A DNA stretch of 55,405 bases, taken from positions 1 to 55,405 of the forward strand of contig JACOXY010000013.1 in the NCBI GenBank assembly GCA_016182095.1, read 5' to 3'. Each line of letters starts with the position of its first letter. Position 1 is the stretch's first letter. The notes under the pieces are model-generated. The model worked only from the letters and a program-made list of their open reading frames with translations, ran no database searches and was not told where the DNA came from. The stretch is from Candidatus Liptonbacteria bacterium. GTDB lineage: Bacteria > Patescibacteriota > Minisyncoccia > UBA6257 > JACOXY01. This document shows positions 18,800-28,435 of the stretch, piece by piece. The position numbers and the translations under genes were made by a program.

Positions 18800-19372
18800 C
18801 TACTTGCTCGAGGCAACCCGATCGCCGGAGCGCACGTCGTCCCCGCCGGGCCGGGGCCAGTGCAGGCAGACACGCTCATCGTGCAATTCGAGACACGGGA
18901 CGCTACGGTCGTCGCCACCATCCACCGCAAATATCCCCGGAAAGTCAATGTAGACCTTTCCGAGAACCTTCGCAAGCTTGGGGAACCTGTCTTGGTTCGC
19001 CACGAGCCACTCGGCGTGCTGGAAGCCCAGAAGCTTCCCAGCAAGCGGAGCGAGCCGACGCTCGTACTCTACCACGTCGCCGATCGAGTCCTCGCCAGAA
19101 CGGAGAACCGTCCCGAGAACGAGGGTGGCTTCCTCCGTCGTAGAGGAGTCGTCGACCGAGCGCATCCAGCCGTACCTTGACTGGAGTTCTCCGAGAGTGG
19201 GCCGCGGGAGCGCAGGAATCGTGATTGAAAGCTTCCCGGTCACCCGGAAAAACGCCTCGACCTCCTTCACTTCGAGCTCTCCGCGGAGGAAGCTTTCGGC
19301 TGCTTCCTCACCACCCAGCCTGTTCACGATCGCCTCAAACCAGTTGTGTTCACGATGACCATACTTGGACAT
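18800..19372 (-). CDS. GC-rich hypothetical protein, DGR-target-like
   Basis: ATG 19372 behind AAGGAG; N-terminal EAIVNRLGGEEAAESFLRGEL; C-terminal RSVPCL...LHW...RVASSK; multi-stem hairpin right after the stop. Confidence 0.75.
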   Translation of the reverse strand: MSKYGHREHNWFEAIVNRLGGEEAAESFLRGELEVKEVEAFFRVTGKLSITIPALPRPTLGELQSRYGWMRSVDDSSTTEEATLVLGTVLRSGEDSIGDVVEYERRLAPLAGKLLGFQHAEWLVANQDRFPKLAKVLGKVYIDFPGIFAVDGGDDRSVPCLELHDERVCLHWPRPGGDDVRSGDRVASSK

Positions 19373-19560
19373 GACACTCTCCTTTAGGCTCGTAGCTGAG
19401 TTTTTCCTCGCCTGATAGGCAAGTAGCCGCATCCATTGCAGCCCAAAACCTTATTTTCAAAGACTTTGGGCCGCAATGGTTCAACACAGCTCACCACGAG
19501 CAGTTCGGCGTGCCTCACCGTGGACAGGTAAAAGATGGCTTATTTTGTCAGTTCTTAAAG
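19373..19560 (-). ncRNA. Candidate structured 5' leader RNA
   Basis: Multi-branch fold read by eye: ctcgtggtgag/ctcagctacgag; ccattgcggcccaaagtctt/aaggttttgggctgcaatgg; cttgcct/aggcgag. Confidence 0.5.
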
Positions 19561-19591
19561 TTCTTATTTTGCGTGGGAATTGTACCATATT

Positions 19592-20233
19592 TTATGCTAT
19601 TTTGTCAATTAACTCCATATAGGCTGTTTTTGGATTTTCACTCCCAAAAATAAAGTTTCCGGCCACAAATAGGCTAGCTCCGGCTTCTTTCGCGAGTTTC
19701 GCTGTTTCTAAATTAACGCCACCGTCAATTTCTATAATCACGTCTGATTTTTTATTTTTTAAAATTTTTATTTTTTCTAAAATTTCCGGCTTAAACGACT
19801 GCCCCGAAGGTCCCGGGGAAACCGCAAGCATTAAAAAACCGTCAAAATCATCAATGTGAGCGAAAATCCGCTCTACGGGAGTTGCTGGATTTATCGCTAA
19901 AAAAATCTCTGCATTATATTTTTTGTATTTTTCAATTAAATAAACCAAGTCGCCCATAGATTCCAGGTGGACAATGAGCCGCTTTGCGCCGGCCCGAAGC
20001 CACCGGTCAGCCTGAACTTCCGGATCTTCTACCATTAAATGAACTTCGAATCGCGGCGGGTTCGCGCCAAAAAATTCAGCAAACTCCTCCGGATTATTCC
20101 AGCTCACATGCGGGGTGAACTTGCCGTCAGAAATATCAACATGCATCATGGGAGCAAATTCGCTCGCCAAAGCTATTCGTTTTTTTATACACTCAAAATT
20201 TTCGCAATTGATTGATGGGATTATTTGATTCAT
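19592..20233 (-). CDS. rpe: Ribulose-phosphate 3-epimerase
   Basis: HVDISDGKF, EVHLMV, PGPSGQ, IDGG; start at ATG 20233. Confidence 0.93.
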   Translation of the reverse strand: MNQIIPSINCENFECIKKRIALASEFAPMMHVDISDGKFTPHVSWNNPEEFAEFFGANPPRFEVHLMVEDPEVQADRWLRAGAKRLIVHLESMGDLVYLIEKYKKYNAEIFLAINPATPVERIFAHIDDFDGFLMLAVSPGPSGQSFKPEILEKIKILKNKKSDVIIEIDGGVNLETAKLAKEAGASLFVAGNFIFGSENPKTAYMELIDKIA

Positions 20234-20542
20234 AGGAGTGTGAAATACGAACAAAATCAATTGAGCGGAGCGAATTTGGCAAATATTCAAGGCGCGAGGA
20301 GGAGATTAGTAGCTTAAGCTACAGCTCCGACGAGTCCCGTTAGAAAGTCATCTTTCTAACGGGACGAGCAACGCTGAATATTTATCAAATTCGCCCGCCC
20401 CTCCGGGGAAGCTAAAAAATGGGTGATTTTCTTCGTTACTCTTCCTTAATGTATTCTACGAATACAATTTCGTCGTCGTGCCTTGAAATCATCTCATTTT
20501 TTAGCTTCTCAAGCTGATTTATGTTCGTATTTCACACTCCTA
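20233..20542. mobile_element. MITE copy 1 (~310 bp, TA ends)
   Basis: 21-bp perfect TIR taggagtgtgaaatacgaaca; homologous to 51359-51677 and 26316-26441. Confidence 0.85.
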
Positions 20543-21919
20543 TTATTTTAACCCAAAACTTTTATTTAACCAGGCGAGAACATTCTCCATGTCTTTCCGG
20601 ATATTCTGCGACCCCAAAAATATTATACCGATTGTACGAACTTCTCCGCTCGAAAGCTTTAACTTCCAAGTGGAAACCAAGCCCTCGCCGCCTCCGCTAT
20701 AAGCAGTAATCCCGCCAAGCAATGAATCACCCTGAAACGCGGCACCGAGCTCATAAAGGCCTGACTGTTCTGTCTTGCTAATTTCTAAAATAACGCTCCT
20801 CTTTTCAATTATATATTTCAGCAATTTGGTGAGGTCGCTTGCGGTACTCACATTATCCTGCCCCAAACTCGCCGAATTGGACATTTTAGTACTGCCCATT
20901 TCCAGAGATTTTATTTTAGCCGCGACATTATCCATAAAAAGTTTTTCCCCCAGAAAAGAAGCGAGGGCGCGGGATGCTCCATTTGAAGAGCGGCTAATTA
21001 TCGGCGACAAAAGTTCAAGTGCCTCATAGCGCTCGCTTGGCAATAACTCGTAGCTCTGCTCTTCGCCAGAGAGCATGTATTCCTGTATGGTTATAAGCCG
21101 TCCAAGATAAATAACTTCACTGCCGGTAAGCGCTGTTATAAGTTTCCCCAACGATCCCATTGGCAAAATATCGTTGGAATTAAAATCCAAAAGCGGTTCA
21201 TCTCCGCTAAAATCATAAACAAGCGCTGACTTCGCGGTTATGGGCAGTGGCGCTATATCTGCGGTTATGGCCTGAAGCGGCGCTTTCAAAAAAAGCTGAC
21301 TGCTCTGGTCGGTCACCAAAACGGGCATTCCTTTTTTGGCAAAATCATAAACAAGTTTTGCGTCTTCATCCGAAAGACTTACGCACCCCGAGGAATACGC
21401 GGAGTCTGCAGGCGCGCCGCTTGGAAAACGCGGCGGTCCGTGTATAAAATAATTGCCGTAAAACCAGACACTCCACGGCATCCACACCTTGGCAATTGAC
21501 GATAAATGATTTCTTTCTTTAGAAATTACCTCATAATTTCCGGACGGGGTTTCGCGCGGGCCGCCCTCGCGCCCTTTGCGCAAAACCTTGAGCGTCGCGG
21601 AGGCGGTTCCCTCGCTAAAAATAGTAAGTTCCATCTTCACTAAATCTATTGCTATAAAATCCCTCTTTTCCTCAATATATCTGTCGCGCAGAAGTACAAA
21701 TTTTTCATGCTCAATCGCCGGCATTTCACCGGAATTTGTAAAAGGGCCGCTTTTCGCGGCAAGCACTTGCCGCTCATACAAATTCTGCCAATTTCTCAAA
21801 TCGCTTTTTACAATCTGAAACTCCTTATAAAAACCATAAAACAATCCGGCGGCGACCACGCCTAAAAAAAGAAGCGCAAAAAAGCTGAATTTGAAAAAAA
21901 GTTGGGATTTTCTCTTCAT
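20543..21919 (-). CDS. L,D-transpeptidase (YkuD) fused to a degenerate D-Ala-D-Ala carboxypeptidase (S11) domain
   Basis: ETPSGNY, FIHG, SSGCVSL; then PMGSLGKLIT and SSN; no clear KTG motif. Confidence 0.85.
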   Translation of the reverse strand: MKRKSQLFFKFSFFALLFLGVVAAGLFYGFYKEFQIVKSDLRNWQNLYERQVLAAKSGPFTNSGEMPAIEHEKFVLLRDRYIEEKRDFIAIDLVKMELTIFSEGTASATLKVLRKGREGGPRETPSGNYEVISKERNHLSSIAKVWMPWSVWFYGNYFIHGPPRFPSGAPADSAYSSGCVSLSDEDAKLVYDFAKKGMPVLVTDQSSQLFLKAPLQAITADIAPLPITAKSALVYDFSGDEPLLDFNSNDILPMGSLGKLITALTGSEVIYLGRLITIQEYMLSGEEQSYELLPSERYEALELLSPIISRSSNGASRALASFLGEKLFMDNVAAKIKSLEMGSTKMSNSASLGQDNVSTASDLTKLLKYIIEKRSVILEISKTEQSGLYELGAAFQGDSLLGGITAYSGGGEGLVSTWKLKLSSGEVRTIGIIFLGSQNIRKDMENVLAWLNKSFGLK

Positions 21920-21992
21920 GCCATTATTTTAACACAAGAATAGCGTTGATAAGTAGCACATCTTATAACAAAATCGGGCTTCGGCCCGATTT

Positions 21993-22436
21993 TTATTTTT
22001 CCAACTCTTTTATTTTCTGAAGCCGTCTTAGATGCCTCTCTTCTCCTGAAAATTTAGTCTTGAGCCAAGAAACTGCTATTACAGAAGCCATTTCCTGGTC
22101 TACCCAATCGGAAGCAATTACAAGAACATTTGAATTCTCGTGTTCCCGAGATTGAACGGCAACTTTTTCATTAAACCCAAGCGCCGCGCGCACTCCTTTG
22201 TATTTATTCGCAACCATGTCCATGCCATGGCCCGATCCGCAAATTAAAATTCCATTATTGTTTTCGGGATCTGCGGAAACTTTTTCTGCCACCGCTTGCG
22301 CAAAATCAACATAGTCGTCTTCCTTATCAAACTGAAAAGCGCCGAGGTCCTGAAATTCGTATCCCGTTTTGACCAAGTGTTTTTTAAGTTCTTCTTTGAG
22401 TGCAAAGCCGCGATGATCGGCGCCAATGTATAACAT
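21993..22436 (-). CDS. rpiB: Ribose-5-phosphate isomerase B
   Basis: IGADHRG, ICGSGHGM..ANK, RHLRR. Confidence 0.95.
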   Translation of the reverse strand: MLYIGADHRGFALKEELKKHLVKTGYEFQDLGAFQFDKEDDYVDFAQAVAEKVSADPENNNGILICGSGHGMDMVANKYKGVRAALGFNEKVAVQSREHENSNVLVIASDWVDQEMASVIAVSWLKTKFSGEERHLRRLQKIKELEK

Positions 22437-22445
22437 ATGTGTACA

Positions 22446-23450
22446 TTAGAGAGCGGCCGCCACCCGCCTCACGTGTTCCACTAAAGTTGCCGTATACCCT
22501 GCCTCGTTATCATACCAAGAAAGAACTTGAACGAGATCTCCGTCCATTACCTTGGTCATTCCAAGGTCAATAATCGCTCCATAGGGTTCCCCCAAAATAT
22601 CGGTTGAAACAAGCGGGTCGTCGGTCGCTTTAATTATTTTTGACCAACGCGGTTCCTCTGCTACCGCTCTAAAAATATCGTTTACTTCTTCTGCGGAGGT
22701 TTTTTTCTTTAAGAGCGCGGTAATGACGCTAATAGATCCGGAAATAATCGGCACGCGCAGAGAAACAGCGTCAAATTTGTGGGCAAGCTCTGGCAATGAT
22801 TGGATAACCGCTTCAGCGGCGCCAGTCGTTGAAGGCACAATGTTTACAGCCGCCGCCCTCCCGCGGCGTAAATCTTTGGAATCGGGGCCGTCAACAAGTT
22901 TTTGGGTAGCGGTGTAGCCATGCGTAGTGCTCATGGACGCCTTTAATACTCCCAATTTTTCGCTTAATATCGCCATAACCGGCGCCACGGAATTAGTGGT
23001 GCAGGACGCATTGCAGGTTATGGGCCCGGCTTTTTTAAATCTGTCGTCATTTACTCCCACAAGCACGGTATCCGCGCCGCCCTTAGCCGGAGCCGATATG
23101 ACAACTCTTTTCGCTCCGGAATCCAAATGGACCTTGGCTTTTTCGCCATCAGTGAAAAATCCGGTGGACTCTACCACTATATCAACTCCCAATTTTTTCC
23201 AGGGAAGGTTAGCCGGATCTTTTTCGGCAAAAACCAGCGCCTCCTTGCCGTTAATGCGCAAACTTCCGTCCAGCGCCTCCACCTTCCCGTGATACCTGCC
23301 ATAAACACTGTCATACTTTAACAGATAGGCGAGCGTTTTTGTGTCCGTTAAATCATTCACCGCCACAATTTCAAAATCCGGATCGCTTATCGCCTGTCTG
23401 AAAAACAATCTGCCTATTCGGCCGAAGCCGTTTATCGCAATGCGGGCCAT
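22446..23450 (-). CDS. gap: Type I glyceraldehyde-3-phosphate dehydrogenase
   Basis: INGFGRIGR, NASCTTN, WYDNE. Confidence 0.98.
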   Translation of the reverse strand: MARIAINGFGRIGRLFFRQAISDPDFEIVAVNDLTDTKTLAYLLKYDSVYGRYHGKVEALDGSLRINGKEALVFAEKDPANLPWKKLGVDIVVESTGFFTDGEKAKVHLDSGAKRVVISAPAKGGADTVLVGVNDDRFKKAGPITCNASCTTNSVAPVMAILSEKLGVLKASMSTTHGYTATQKLVDGPDSKDLRRGRAAAVNIVPSTTGAAEAVIQSLPELAHKFDAVSLRVPIISGSISVITALLKKKTSAEEVNDIFRAVAEEPRWSKIIKATDDPLVSTDILGEPYGAIIDLGMTKVMDGDLVQVLSWYDNEAGYTATLVEHVRRVAAAL

Positions 23451-23532
23451 AATGCAAAGTTATAATCGTTCTAGCCGCTCTATTCGTTTTAAACGTTTAG
23501 AACGTTACAACGCCATAACATAATATTTTTTA

Positions 23533-23979
23533 TTATATATCAAACGCCACCTCATCTCCAACTTTTATATTATCACGGAGAACTCTGCCGGCGGCAAATT
23601 CAACTACATGGGTTACCGGCTCCGGCGGCGCATAACTTGGATAATATCCATTAGACGCAACCGGCACAGATTCATTGATATAAATGACTCTGCCATTATT
23701 CACCCAAACGAAATCCAGCGGAAAACGAACGTCTTTCATCCAAAATGAATAAAATCCCGGCTTATTGAAAACGAATAACATGCCTTGGGCCTCCCCGATT
23801 TCATCTCTATTCTGCAAGCCTAAAGTTCTTTCTTCGTCGGTATCAGCCACCTCAACCATATATTGTTGCCCTGATATATTCACATAGCCAAAGTTAGTCT
23901 TCGCGCCAAAAAAATAGAAATAATAAATTCCCCCGGCAACTAAAATTATAATTGATAATGGTGAGATTAAACGAGCCAT
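23533..23979 (-). CDS. DUF192 family protein
   Basis: VEVAD...GL...GMLFVF...FWMKDVRFPLD. Confidence 0.88.
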   Translation of the reverse strand: MARLISPLSIIILVAGGIYYFYFFGAKTNFGYVNISGQQYMVEVADTDEERTLGLQNRDEIGEAQGMLFVFNKPGFYSFWMKDVRFPLDFVWVNNGRVIYINESVPVASNGYYPSYAPPEPVTHVVEFAAGRVLRDNIKVGDEVAFDI

Positions 23980-23985
23980 TGGTTA

Positions 23986-25371
23986 TTAGGCACTAGACAT
24001 CACCCGCCTATAAAGTTTCTGGTATGCGCTCGCTGGTTTTTTCCAGCTGAAATCCGCGACCTCGCACAATCCTCGCATTTTCTTTAATTTTTCCTCCTCC
24101 ACAAAAATCATGAGCGCTTCTTCAATTGCCCCAAGAAATGCCTTGTCGTTTTGCCCATCAAAAAGAACTCCTGTTTTGTTATGTTCTATAATATCGCAAA
24201 AACTTCCGATGCGCCTCGCAATAGGAATTGCCCCGTAACGCATGGCGGTGATTTGACGGGTGCCGCTCGGTTCCGAAGCATGCGGCGCCAAAATAAAATC
24301 CGAGGCCGCGTATATTTCGTGCGCCAAATTTTCATCAGCTCCGATTTTCACAAAAACATTTTCAGGGTACCTCTGCATAAGCCGCATAAGGCCATTTTCA
24401 AATTCTTCTTCTCCGAAACCGGAAAGGGCGAGGTCGGCATCAAAAACTTCAACTAAATATGGAGCCACCGCGAGCGCCAAATGGGTTCCCTTGCCTTCAT
24501 GCAACCGCGAAACCATCCCAAAAAGCGGGCGCGACAATCCATGTTTCAGGCGAAAATTTTCTTGAAACTTTAGTTTGGCGGCGTCTTTCCCGCCAAAATT
24601 TTTAATCAAGTCATAGTCACAGCCGCTTTGAATGCCGAGCGGCTTTCTTTTGCTCAAAATCCTGTGCAGGCCGGCTCCGAGATCTTTAGTTTGGATTTCC
24701 TCTGCGTGCGCGCGACTCACAGTTGTCACAGAGTCAGCTTTTTCTATTCCCTCCTTCAGATAATTTTTATCTCTTAAAATTCCCTGGTCGCTGATGTTAT
24801 GGACAGTAAACACCACCTTTGGCAACTGCGCTTGACCGGGAATATTCTTTAATTGATTTTTGCCTCGCTTTTTTGCCATTTGCGCTTTGCCATTCGCAAT
24901 TTGCGCCACCAATTGGCCCATTTGCCAATCGTGCGCATGCACAATATCCGGAGAAAAATTCAAAAGGTTGTTGCGCAAACACGCGAAAACGGCTTCTCCG
25001 AAAAACGCGAATCTTTCTACTTCCTTTCTGTGCAGTTGAGGCGTGGCTTTATAGAGCGAAATACCGCCGCCACCTAAGATTTTTTTATTTTCAACAAAAT
25101 AAACCGTGAGTGATGAGCCGGGGAAATGCCCGGAATAAAGCCCAAACTTTATTTTCTTTTGCTTCAGGCCGTGAGAAAACCTGATGGTTTTACTTTTAAA
25201 TATCGGCTTAAGTTTCCACGCCTTTTTGTCTATAACATTATAAAGAGGCAAAATAATCGCGGCCTCCGTCCCGGCCGCATGTAATTCTTTAGGCAGACCT
25301 CCAATAACTTCACCCAAGTCACTGATTTTCACATAAGGCACAGCTTCAGATGCCGCGAATAAAACTTTCAT
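23986..25371 (-). CDS. glgA: Glycogen/starch synthase (GT5), divergent
   Basis: VLFAASEAVPY, HAHDWQ, TVHN, SEPSG..Q..AMRYG; KTGGL motif appears as KISDL. Confidence 0.85.
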   Translation of the reverse strand: MKVLFAASEAVPYVKISDLGEVIGGLPKELHAAGTEAAIILPLYNVIDKKAWKLKPIFKSKTIRFSHGLKQKKIKFGLYSGHFPGSSLTVYFVENKKILGGGGISLYKATPQLHRKEVERFAFFGEAVFACLRNNLLNFSPDIVHAHDWQMGQLVAQIANGKAQMAKKRGKNQLKNIPGQAQLPKVVFTVHNISDQGILRDKNYLKEGIEKADSVTTVSRAHAEEIQTKDLGAGLHRILSKRKPLGIQSGCDYDLIKNFGGKDAAKLKFQENFRLKHGLSRPLFGMVSRLHEGKGTHLALAVAPYLVEVFDADLALSGFGEEEFENGLMRLMQRYPENVFVKIGADENLAHEIYAASDFILAPHASEPSGTRQITAMRYGAIPIARRIGSFCDIIEHNKTGVLFDGQNDKAFLGAIEEALMIFVEEEKLKKMRGLCEVADFSWKKPASAYQKLYRRVMSSA

Positions 25372-25476
25372 GATAATTCATCATACACCGATCTTTGCCA
25401 AATTACAAATACAAATGAAAAGGGCCGACATGCGCATAGCACATCGGCCCTGGACCACTTTCACCGATGCTCGGAG

Positions 25477-26106
25477 TTAGGCCGTCGCGAGTTGGACGGC
25501 GCCACCCACGATGCGGAGGTAGTAGGCGGCCTTGAGCGGGAGCGGGGCGTCGCCCACACGCTCGCCGTTCTCATCCTTCTGCCAGACCGTTACCGGCTGG
25601 CCATCAGGACGGAAGAGCGGCTGACGCGCTTCGAGGTTGATGCTCACGGCGCGCTCTCCGGGAATCTCCTCGCCGTTCTTGTAGAACGGATTGAGGAACG
25701 CCCTGACTCGCCACATCGCGCTCTCGCAGATGCTCCGAAGTTCGGCGCGGATCACATCCCGCACCTTCTTGAACTCGTCGGAGAGTTCCACGAACTCTCG
25801 GCGGGCGAAGAGGTACCGCACCATGTGGTACGACCTCTTGCCACGCGGGTCCTTGGCGTCGATGCGCATCTTGTAGAAGCCATAGACCATCTCATACCCC
25901 GACGCCTCGAGCTCTCCGAGAAACTCCACGAGGGAGCACTTCTCGGTCGGCTCGATAACCATGACGCCGCTCGAATGGCTCTTGCGCTCTACGCGCTCCT
26001 CTTGGGTTTCCCGATTCAGACGCTTCACCGAAGTAGGTATCGCGTCGGGGTTCGAGAAGCTGAACTGCATTGCAACCAGACGGACAGTACTATTCAGTTC
26101 GACCAC
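25477..26106 (-). CDS. GC-rich hypothetical protein cassette
   Basis: AAGGAGG-GTG start; TTGACA-17-TATACT promoter; hairpin leader; terminator gggccga...tcggccc at ~25421-25450. Confidence 0.75.
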   Translation of the reverse strand: MVELNSTVRLVAMQFSFSNPDAIPTSVKRLNRETQEERVERKSHSSGVMVIEPTEKCSLVEFLGELEASGYEMVYGFYKMRIDAKDPRGKRSYHMVRYLFARREFVELSDEFKKVRDVIRAELRSICESAMWRVRAFLNPFYKNGEEIPGERAVSINLEARQPLFRPDGQPVTVWQKDENGERVGDAPLPLKAAYYLRIVGGAVQLATA

Positions 26107-26315
26107 GGCGGGCCTCCTTTCGGTGTTTGGATTTTGGGGTTACTTTACGCAGTTTTGCCAGCAAAATGTGCGGTATTACAAGCAAAACTGCGCAAAGTAA
26201 CCTATGGAAAAGAACTGTATTTTACTACCATAAGTATAACAGATTACATTGCTTCTGTCAAGTCAAAACAGCCGCTTTTGTTACGCCTGCAGTTCACACC
26301 GTCATTGACATTCTG

Positions 26316-26441
26316 CAATGTATTCTCCGAATACAATTTCGTCGCTCGCCTCGCTCACGCCTTGGCGAAGCGGGCCATGCCTTGAAATCATCTCATTTTT
26401 TGGCTTCTAAATTTGATTTATGTTCGTATCTCACGCTCCTA
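26316..26441. mobile_element. MITE copy 3 (right half only)
   Basis: Matches the 3' part of 20233-20542; its TIR supplies the TAG stop of the trmH-like gene. Confidence 0.8.
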
Positions 26442-26930
26442 TATTCCATAAGCCACAATTCCAAAAGCAACAGCCACATTTAAAGATTCCTTGCGACCCA
26501 ACATCGGAATTTCCAGAATTTTATCGGCTAATTTCAATATATGCGGCGAAAGACCGCTAACTTCATTGCCCAAAACAAGCGCGACGCGGGGGACTTCGTA
26601 AGTTCTTTGGGACTTACGAAGTCCCGAGGATCGGACCTTTACCTTATAGTAAGGAATTGATTTTGCATTCTGTTCAACCACGAAAATTTTATAACCGTCT
26701 TTTTTTAGTTTCCTAATAACCGAAACTGCGGAACGCGAATATTCCCAGGGAACGGTTTTTTCGGCTCCCAAAGAAACTTTTATGAGCTGTTTCCGCGCGC
26801 ATCCAAATCTATCAAGCGGCGCCGGCGTAATGCCGCAGAGATAAATTTTCTCCACGCCGACCGCATCGGCAGTGCGAAAAATGGAGCCGACATTATGTAA
26901 ACTTCTTATGTTGTGCAAAATCACCGTCAT
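26439..26930 (-). CDS. SpoU/TrmH-family RNA methyltransferase
   Basis: NIRSLHNVGSIFRTAD, VLGNEVSG, IPMLGRKESLNVAVA. Confidence 0.93.
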   Translation of the reverse strand: MTVILHNIRSLHNVGSIFRTADAVGVEKIYLCGITPAPLDRFGCARKQLIKVSLGAEKTVPWEYSRSAVSVIRKLKKDGYKIFVVEQNAKSIPYYKVKVRSSGLRKSQRTYEVPRVALVLGNEVSGLSPHILKLADKILEIPMLGRKESLNVAVAFGIVAYGI

Positions 26931-27216
26931 ATATTGAAAAGCAGGGCTCCTCACCAAGCAAGGCGAAACCCCGCACTAATTTTTTAATTTTACAATAGAA
27001 TTACCGAAAATAAAGCCGAAGCCAAATTAGTTCACTGCTTGGGGTTGAGGCGGTTTCCGCGAAATAGACAAAATAATTGAAAACAAGGCTAAGGTTTTAA
27101 TGTGTTGAAGTCGAGGGACAGAAAATGTTGGGTGTCTGAATTGACAAAATATACTTTCTCTGCTAACATAGCAAGCAGTTCTGCGGTTCAACTTATGTCA
27201 ACCAAAGGGGGTTGTT

Positions 27217-27435
27217 ATGAAGTGCTCTCAATGGAAGAAGTTCTTGGTCGGCTGCAAGGGGCTTGCCATGATCCTGGGGTTCTTTTTCATCGTCCCTTTT
27301 CTCGGGGCCATGATTATGGGAACACCGATCACCATGGAGTTGGTGAAACAGTGCCTTGTGCCCCCTTCAATTCTTGCTACGGGATTCTTAATCCTGCTCT
27401 GCTTTATGCCTGGAAATGGAGCGGGGTGGTGGTGA
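27217..27435 (+). CDS. Small membrane protein
   Basis: Two TM segments; TTGACA-17-TAACAT promoter at 27141; AAGGGGG RBS; downstream hairpin and U-tract. Confidence 0.6.
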   Translation: MKCSQWKKFLVGCKGLAMILGFFFIVPFLGAMIMGTPITMELVKQCLVPPSILATGFLILLCFMPGNGAGWW

Positions 27436-27776
27436 TCCGTAGGGGTGCCCGGTTCTTCGGAACTGGGCTTTTTCTATTCCTACTCCCCCTAAAATATTTT
27501 GCCATGCAAAATATTCGGGCGATCATTTCGCCAATAGCGAAATGATTTAGCCATGACATTTTTTATATCATCCCACGACAGAAATTGTCATGGGGAATAA
27601 TTTTTGCTTTATTTATGGAGCTTTTCGGGCACTTTTCTGAAAAATCCTTTCTGTCCTTTCATGTTATTTCGGTAATTTATAGAAAATGTCATGGGGATTT
27701 TTCTTGCTTAATTTCGTCAACTTTTATACTATACATTCAGATTGTACCTTGAACAATTAAATGGAGGTAACACGAG

Positions 27777-28367
27777 ATGCCGTATGACGAAAATTTTTAT
27801 CGAATGTACCGTGAATACCTACAAGAACAGACGGTGCGCCGTAATCATGATCATGTATTCTCCCTATTTGCATCACTGCTGTTGCACGATTCACCGCGCG
27901 TAATGGATCTTGGTTGCGGTATCGGTGAATATGCAACTTATGACCAGCAACATGCCGCGTATGTAGGGGTTGATCTCAATAACACCGGCTCAGTGATTCC
28001 TTTTGTACAGGCAGACTATCTAAAACTTAATTTTGGAAATCTCTTGCCCTTCTTGCCAAACGCTTTTATCAGTTTATTCTCGATTGAATGTTGTCATTCA
28101 TCGGAAAGCAAGTACACTCTCTACAATCGTATTTTCTCGACCTTCCCTGCTGTAAAGTATGGGCTAGTTGGCGGATTTTTTTATGAATCGCGGCGTAATC
28201 AGGAAACCGTATCAGAAGCCGGAGAAATCGTAAGTTATCAAACTATCGAAGATCCGTCGCTTCATATTTCTCCACTATTTACGGAGCTGCGCATCCATAT
28301 TCGGACACCATCTCGAATGTTTGGAAATGATGTCATTGAAGTCTGGAAACTCCTCGTGCGGAAGTAA
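27777..28367 (+). CDS. Class I SAM-dependent methyltransferase
   Basis: VMDLGCGIG, YVGVD; GGAGG RBS. Confidence 0.85.
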   Translation: MPYDENFYRMYREYLQEQTVRRNHDHVFSLFASLLLHDSPRVMDLGCGIGEYATYDQQHAAYVGVDLNNTGSVIPFVQADYLKLNFGNLLPFLPNAFISLFSIECCHSSESKYTLYNRIFSTFPAVKYGLVGGFFYESRRNQETVSEAGEIVSYQTIEDPSLHISPLFTELRIHIRTPSRMFGNDVIEVWKLLVRK

Positions 28368-28435
28368 TCACTCCTGCTATATCGCCAAGGCTCTGCCGCG
28401 GCGATTTTTTTATCGTCTATCTCCCATGACACTTC

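Noticed and set aside
18727-19358. Overlapping alternative ORFs (18743+, 18978+, 18727-)
   Set aside because: Stop-poor shadows of the GC-rich gene 18800-19372
25492-26385. 297-aa + strand ORF
   Set aside because: Antisense shadow of a GC-rich gene; promoter, RBS and terminator all support the minus strand
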